Origin: Stramenopiles sp. TOSAG23-3
Taxonomy: Eukaryota
Direction of reading: 5' to 3'
DNA length: 32,962 nt
NCBI GenBank assembly: GCA_900128585.1
Contig: LT642210.1
Location: 1 to 32,962, forward strand
A model generated the notes under the pieces. That model saw only the letters and a list, made by a program, of their open reading frames with translations, searched no databases and had not been told where the DNA came from. The position numbers were made by a program, and so were the translations under genes. Of the stretch, positions 30,193-32,962 are shown piece by piece. The stretch's first letter is position 1. Every line of letters starts with the position of its first letter.

Positions 30193-31902
30193 TCACTGCT
30201 TCTTTTTGCGCCCCGATGACTTAGAGCGGGTGCTCTTCTTCTTTGCAGGGGTCGATTTTTTCTTGGCCGGCGTCCTGGACCGCGATTTCTTCTTCAGATT
30301 AAAGGCCTTGTCGCTGAGAACAGCCTCGGCGCCCGGCTGATAGTCGTACGAACCGGTGCGGTCCTCACCACCGTACATGCTTTCTTTGCCATCCACCCAG
30401 CGATCAAAATTGTAATCGTACACGTTCGGGTGGGCGAGAATTTGCCAGCACGTCGCCGAACCCTGGCCGGAGGCGATCACGCTGTATGCGAGAAAGAACT
30501 CCCACATGCGAAACAGGCGCTCACCCGTCAGCGTCTCGCGCTCGGCGTCAATCTCACCGGAGAGAATGGCGTCCTTGCGCGACATCCAGTTGTCGTACCA
30601 CTTGTGCAGCGTGTACGAGTAGTGGCGACCGATTTTTTCCACCGTTTGCACGGCAAACCCCGCCAGCTCCAACTGCCGAACGTACCAGTTCAAGGGAGTG
30701 GAGGCATCGGCACCGGGGAAAATGTACTTGTTCATGAAGAGACCCCAGGCGACGTCCTCCCAGTTGGAGCCCTGGCGCAGACCGGCGACCTGCATGAGGA
30801 ACGCCCCCTCGGTCTCGGAGGTCATGCGCTCGCGAATCTCCTTAAGGTACGGGTCGACGAAATTGTTGAGGCCGACATGTTCTGCCATTTCAATCGATGC
30901 GATTTTGTCAAAGGAACGATCCGAAGGAATGTTACGGTAGTCCATGTGCAGGATTTCCGAGTTCTTGCAGCTTTCGGCCCTGGCCGCGTCGTCGCAGTAC
31001 CGCTTGCCCTCCGAGGAGAGCGTAACACCCGTCGCCTTCGCGCCGTATTCGCGCGCGGCGTGGCGCACCAGAGTGCCCCACCCGCAACCGATGTCAAGAA
31101 ACGACTCGTCCTTCTTGAGCTGAAGCTTGTCGCATATCGTCTGGTTCTTGTTGAACTGTGCCTGCTCGAGGGCGCCGTCGGCGGCGGATCGATGGTAATC
31201 TCCGTGGTCCGAGTGAAACAGCGGGATTTCCTTGAAGATGCCGGAGGTGTAGTTCATGGCGTCACCCATGAAGGCGTGAAAGAAAGCGTTACCACGATCG
31301 TAATGTTCTTCGATTTCTTTCGTCGTCGACTCGACGTCCTTCATGGAGGAGTTGCCGTAGCCAAAACCGCCGCGAATGGGAACGAACTGGGAGAGGAGCC
31401 AGAGGACCTGGCGCATGGTCACCTTGTAGTTGACGAACTTGTTGCGGTGCTTGTTCAGGCACATAAAGCAGTCGCCGCCCTCGCAGTTCTTGGAGAACGC
31501 AATGTCTCCGTCGACAAAAAATTCGTAAAACTCGCACATGGGAATCTTGCGGAATTTGTACAGGGCGCGAAGCTTGTCTGCATTGGGCCCCTGAAACACG
31601 AGGTACTCCTCGGTGTCATCGCACTGGTCACCGCTGTGGTACCAGAAGTTGTACACGAGGTACACGAGGATCGACGGAGCGGTCATCCATGCCAGTGCCT
31701 CGAGGCACAAACGTTGAGAGACTTCGTTGCCCCACGCGGCGAGGACATCGTAGCCAGTCGCGGAGAGGGTCGTCTGGAGGTTGTACGCTCCGTAGGTAAA
31801 GGTGCTGATGAGGGTGACCAGGAGCGGGATGAGCATGACGAGGACAATCGTCGGGTCGGTCCACCGGGTGGCCATTTGTGAGGCGAGGAGAAGCTTTTCC
31901 AT
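30193..31902 (-). CDS. Sphingolipid C9-methyltransferase-like protein (CMAS/cyclopropane synthase family), 569 aa from ATG 31902
   Basis: Two N-terminal hydrophobic helices, KIPMCEFYEFF.DG, HYDRGNAFF, YTSG, LDIGCGWG, IEMAEHVG, YIFPGADAS.PL and HYS.TL..WY.NW...WEFFLAYS.IAS.QGSATC.QI, as recalled for fungal C9-methyltransferases. Confidence 0.85.
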   Translation of the reverse strand: MEKLLLASQMATRWTDPTIVLVMLIPLLVTLISTFTYGAYNLQTTLSATGYDVLAAWGNEVSQRLCLEALAWMTAPSILVYLVYNFWYHSGDQCDDTEEYLVFQGPNADKLRALYKFRKIPMCEFYEFFVDGDIAFSKNCEGGDCFMCLNKHRNKFVNYKVTMRQVLWLLSQFVPIRGGFGYGNSSMKDVESTTKEIEEHYDRGNAFFHAFMGDAMNYTSGIFKEIPLFHSDHGDYHRSAADGALEQAQFNKNQTICDKLQLKKDESFLDIGCGWGTLVRHAAREYGAKATGVTLSSEGKRYCDDAARAESCKNSEILHMDYRNIPSDRSFDKIASIEMAEHVGLNNFVDPYLKEIRERMTSETEGAFLMQVAGLRQGSNWEDVAWGLFMNKYIFPGADASTPLNWYVRQLELAGFAVQTVEKIGRHYSYTLHKWYDNWMSRKDAILSGEIDAERETLTGERLFRMWEFFLAYSVIASGQGSATCWQILAHPNVYDYNFDRWVDGKESMYGGEDRTGSYDYQPGAEAVLSDKAFNLKKKSRSRTPAKKKSTPAKKKSTRSKSSGRKKKQ

Positions 31903-32962
31903 GTTTTCTAAGCTACCCAATAACCCAAATACAGTTCGTCGACGAGTATTGCGTCAAAAAGAGTCGATATTTAAATGCAGGCAACAATTCAAATCCTTGC
32001 AAATTTATCAAGTTATCAAAGAATTGATAGAGAAACAGTTCGAATAACGATATCGTTTGAAAGACTTCCACTGTCCACCTTTCCTCCCTTTCATGTTTAA
32101 AATGGTAAAATGATATCTCGGATCAAAAGGAAGATGTGTGACCTTTGTGTGGTATTGATAATATTTTTTTTATATTATTATTAAGATGGTGATAGTATAG
32201 GTATTATAGAAATGTGGTCAGCGGTCGGTCGTTCGGTCGATATGATCAAATCGGTCGGATCGATTGTTGTTGGTATTTTAAATTATATTTATTACAATAC
32301 CTTCCCTTCCTATTTCATACTTTTTTACGGTTGGTACGGAACGTTTTATACCGTAGGTATTTAATACCGTACCTTCTGAATTATTAATTTTTTTTCTTTT
32401 TTCTTCTTCTATTCCGTTCTTCCTTCTTCTTTCTGCTTTCTGCTTTCCCACCGACCGACTGACTGACCTCTCTATAGCTACGTAATTAATGTACAATGGG
32501 TCCTCTCCTGTGCCTTTGTTAAAACCTGTGGAAAAGACCCACGTATGTGACCTATTAGAATACCTGCTGTGTGGTTCATTGTTATTAAATATGGTACAGT
32601 ATTAATTGGGTGGCTCCGTCGTGACAAGTTCTAGAACTAAGGAATTTTTATAATATTTATTCTTTAAAAACAATAATATTGTATTATAACTATAATGATG
32701 AAGTAATAAATGGGAAAATAAATAAACCTTACTTATACATCCATCGTATTTCATATCCTGTGTTTATATTATAGATAAGCGATGAAATGTAGGGACCTTC
32801 TTTTTTTAATAAGTATTGATAGGTATATATAGTAAATAGTATACAAATAAATGCTTTTTTTGTTTTTGATTGATTGTGGTGGTTGTGCTATCAAGATGCT
32901 CTAGTCCTGTACTTAAAATGTCGATTATTGTGGTTCGATTAGTTAAAAACATCCTTTTGTAA

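Noticed and set aside
30430-31881. 483-aa antisense ORF
   Set aside because: It lies entirely opposite the well-supported C9-methyltransferase, starts at GTG and has no motifs; it is a shadow of GC-rich codon usage.
489-31902. Elongase, methyltransferases and ABC ATPase as a lipid biosynthetic gene cluster
   Set aside because: They are separated by unrelated housekeeping genes across 30 kb, with no evidence of a functional linkage.

Overview
Gene-dense eukaryotic nuclear DNA, not prokaryotic. It holds about 13 protein-coding genes, mostly intronless and of moderate to high GC, separated by very AT-rich spacers that contain microsatellites. Two genes have short GT-AG introns with CTAAC branch points. 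The gene repertoire suggests a flagellated protist, possibly a stramenopile (inference only). In order, the genes are: Delta9-type fatty-acid elongase (-), DNA polymerase alpha catalytic subunit (-), TPPP/p25alpha protein (+), stand-alone LolD/MacB-type ABC ATPase (-), spliced secreted cystatin-like protein (-), L-2-hydroxyglutarate dehydrogenase (-), C2H2 + AP2-like DNA-binding protein (+), hypothetical winged-helix-like protein (-), spliced ankyrin protein (+), signal-peptide SAM methyltransferase (-), USP deubiquitinase (-), large ankyrin protein (+) and sphingolipid C9-methyltransferase (-). The main non-coding signals are two. First, a dispersed repeat family (core AAAACAAGAAAATTGGCTGTTATTTAA) occurs in clusters downstream of gene 3' ends and forms inverted pairs. 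Second, a TACGGTA/TACCGTA motif recurs about 220-490 bp upstream of start codons. No rRNA, tRNA, CRISPR array or transposase was recognised.
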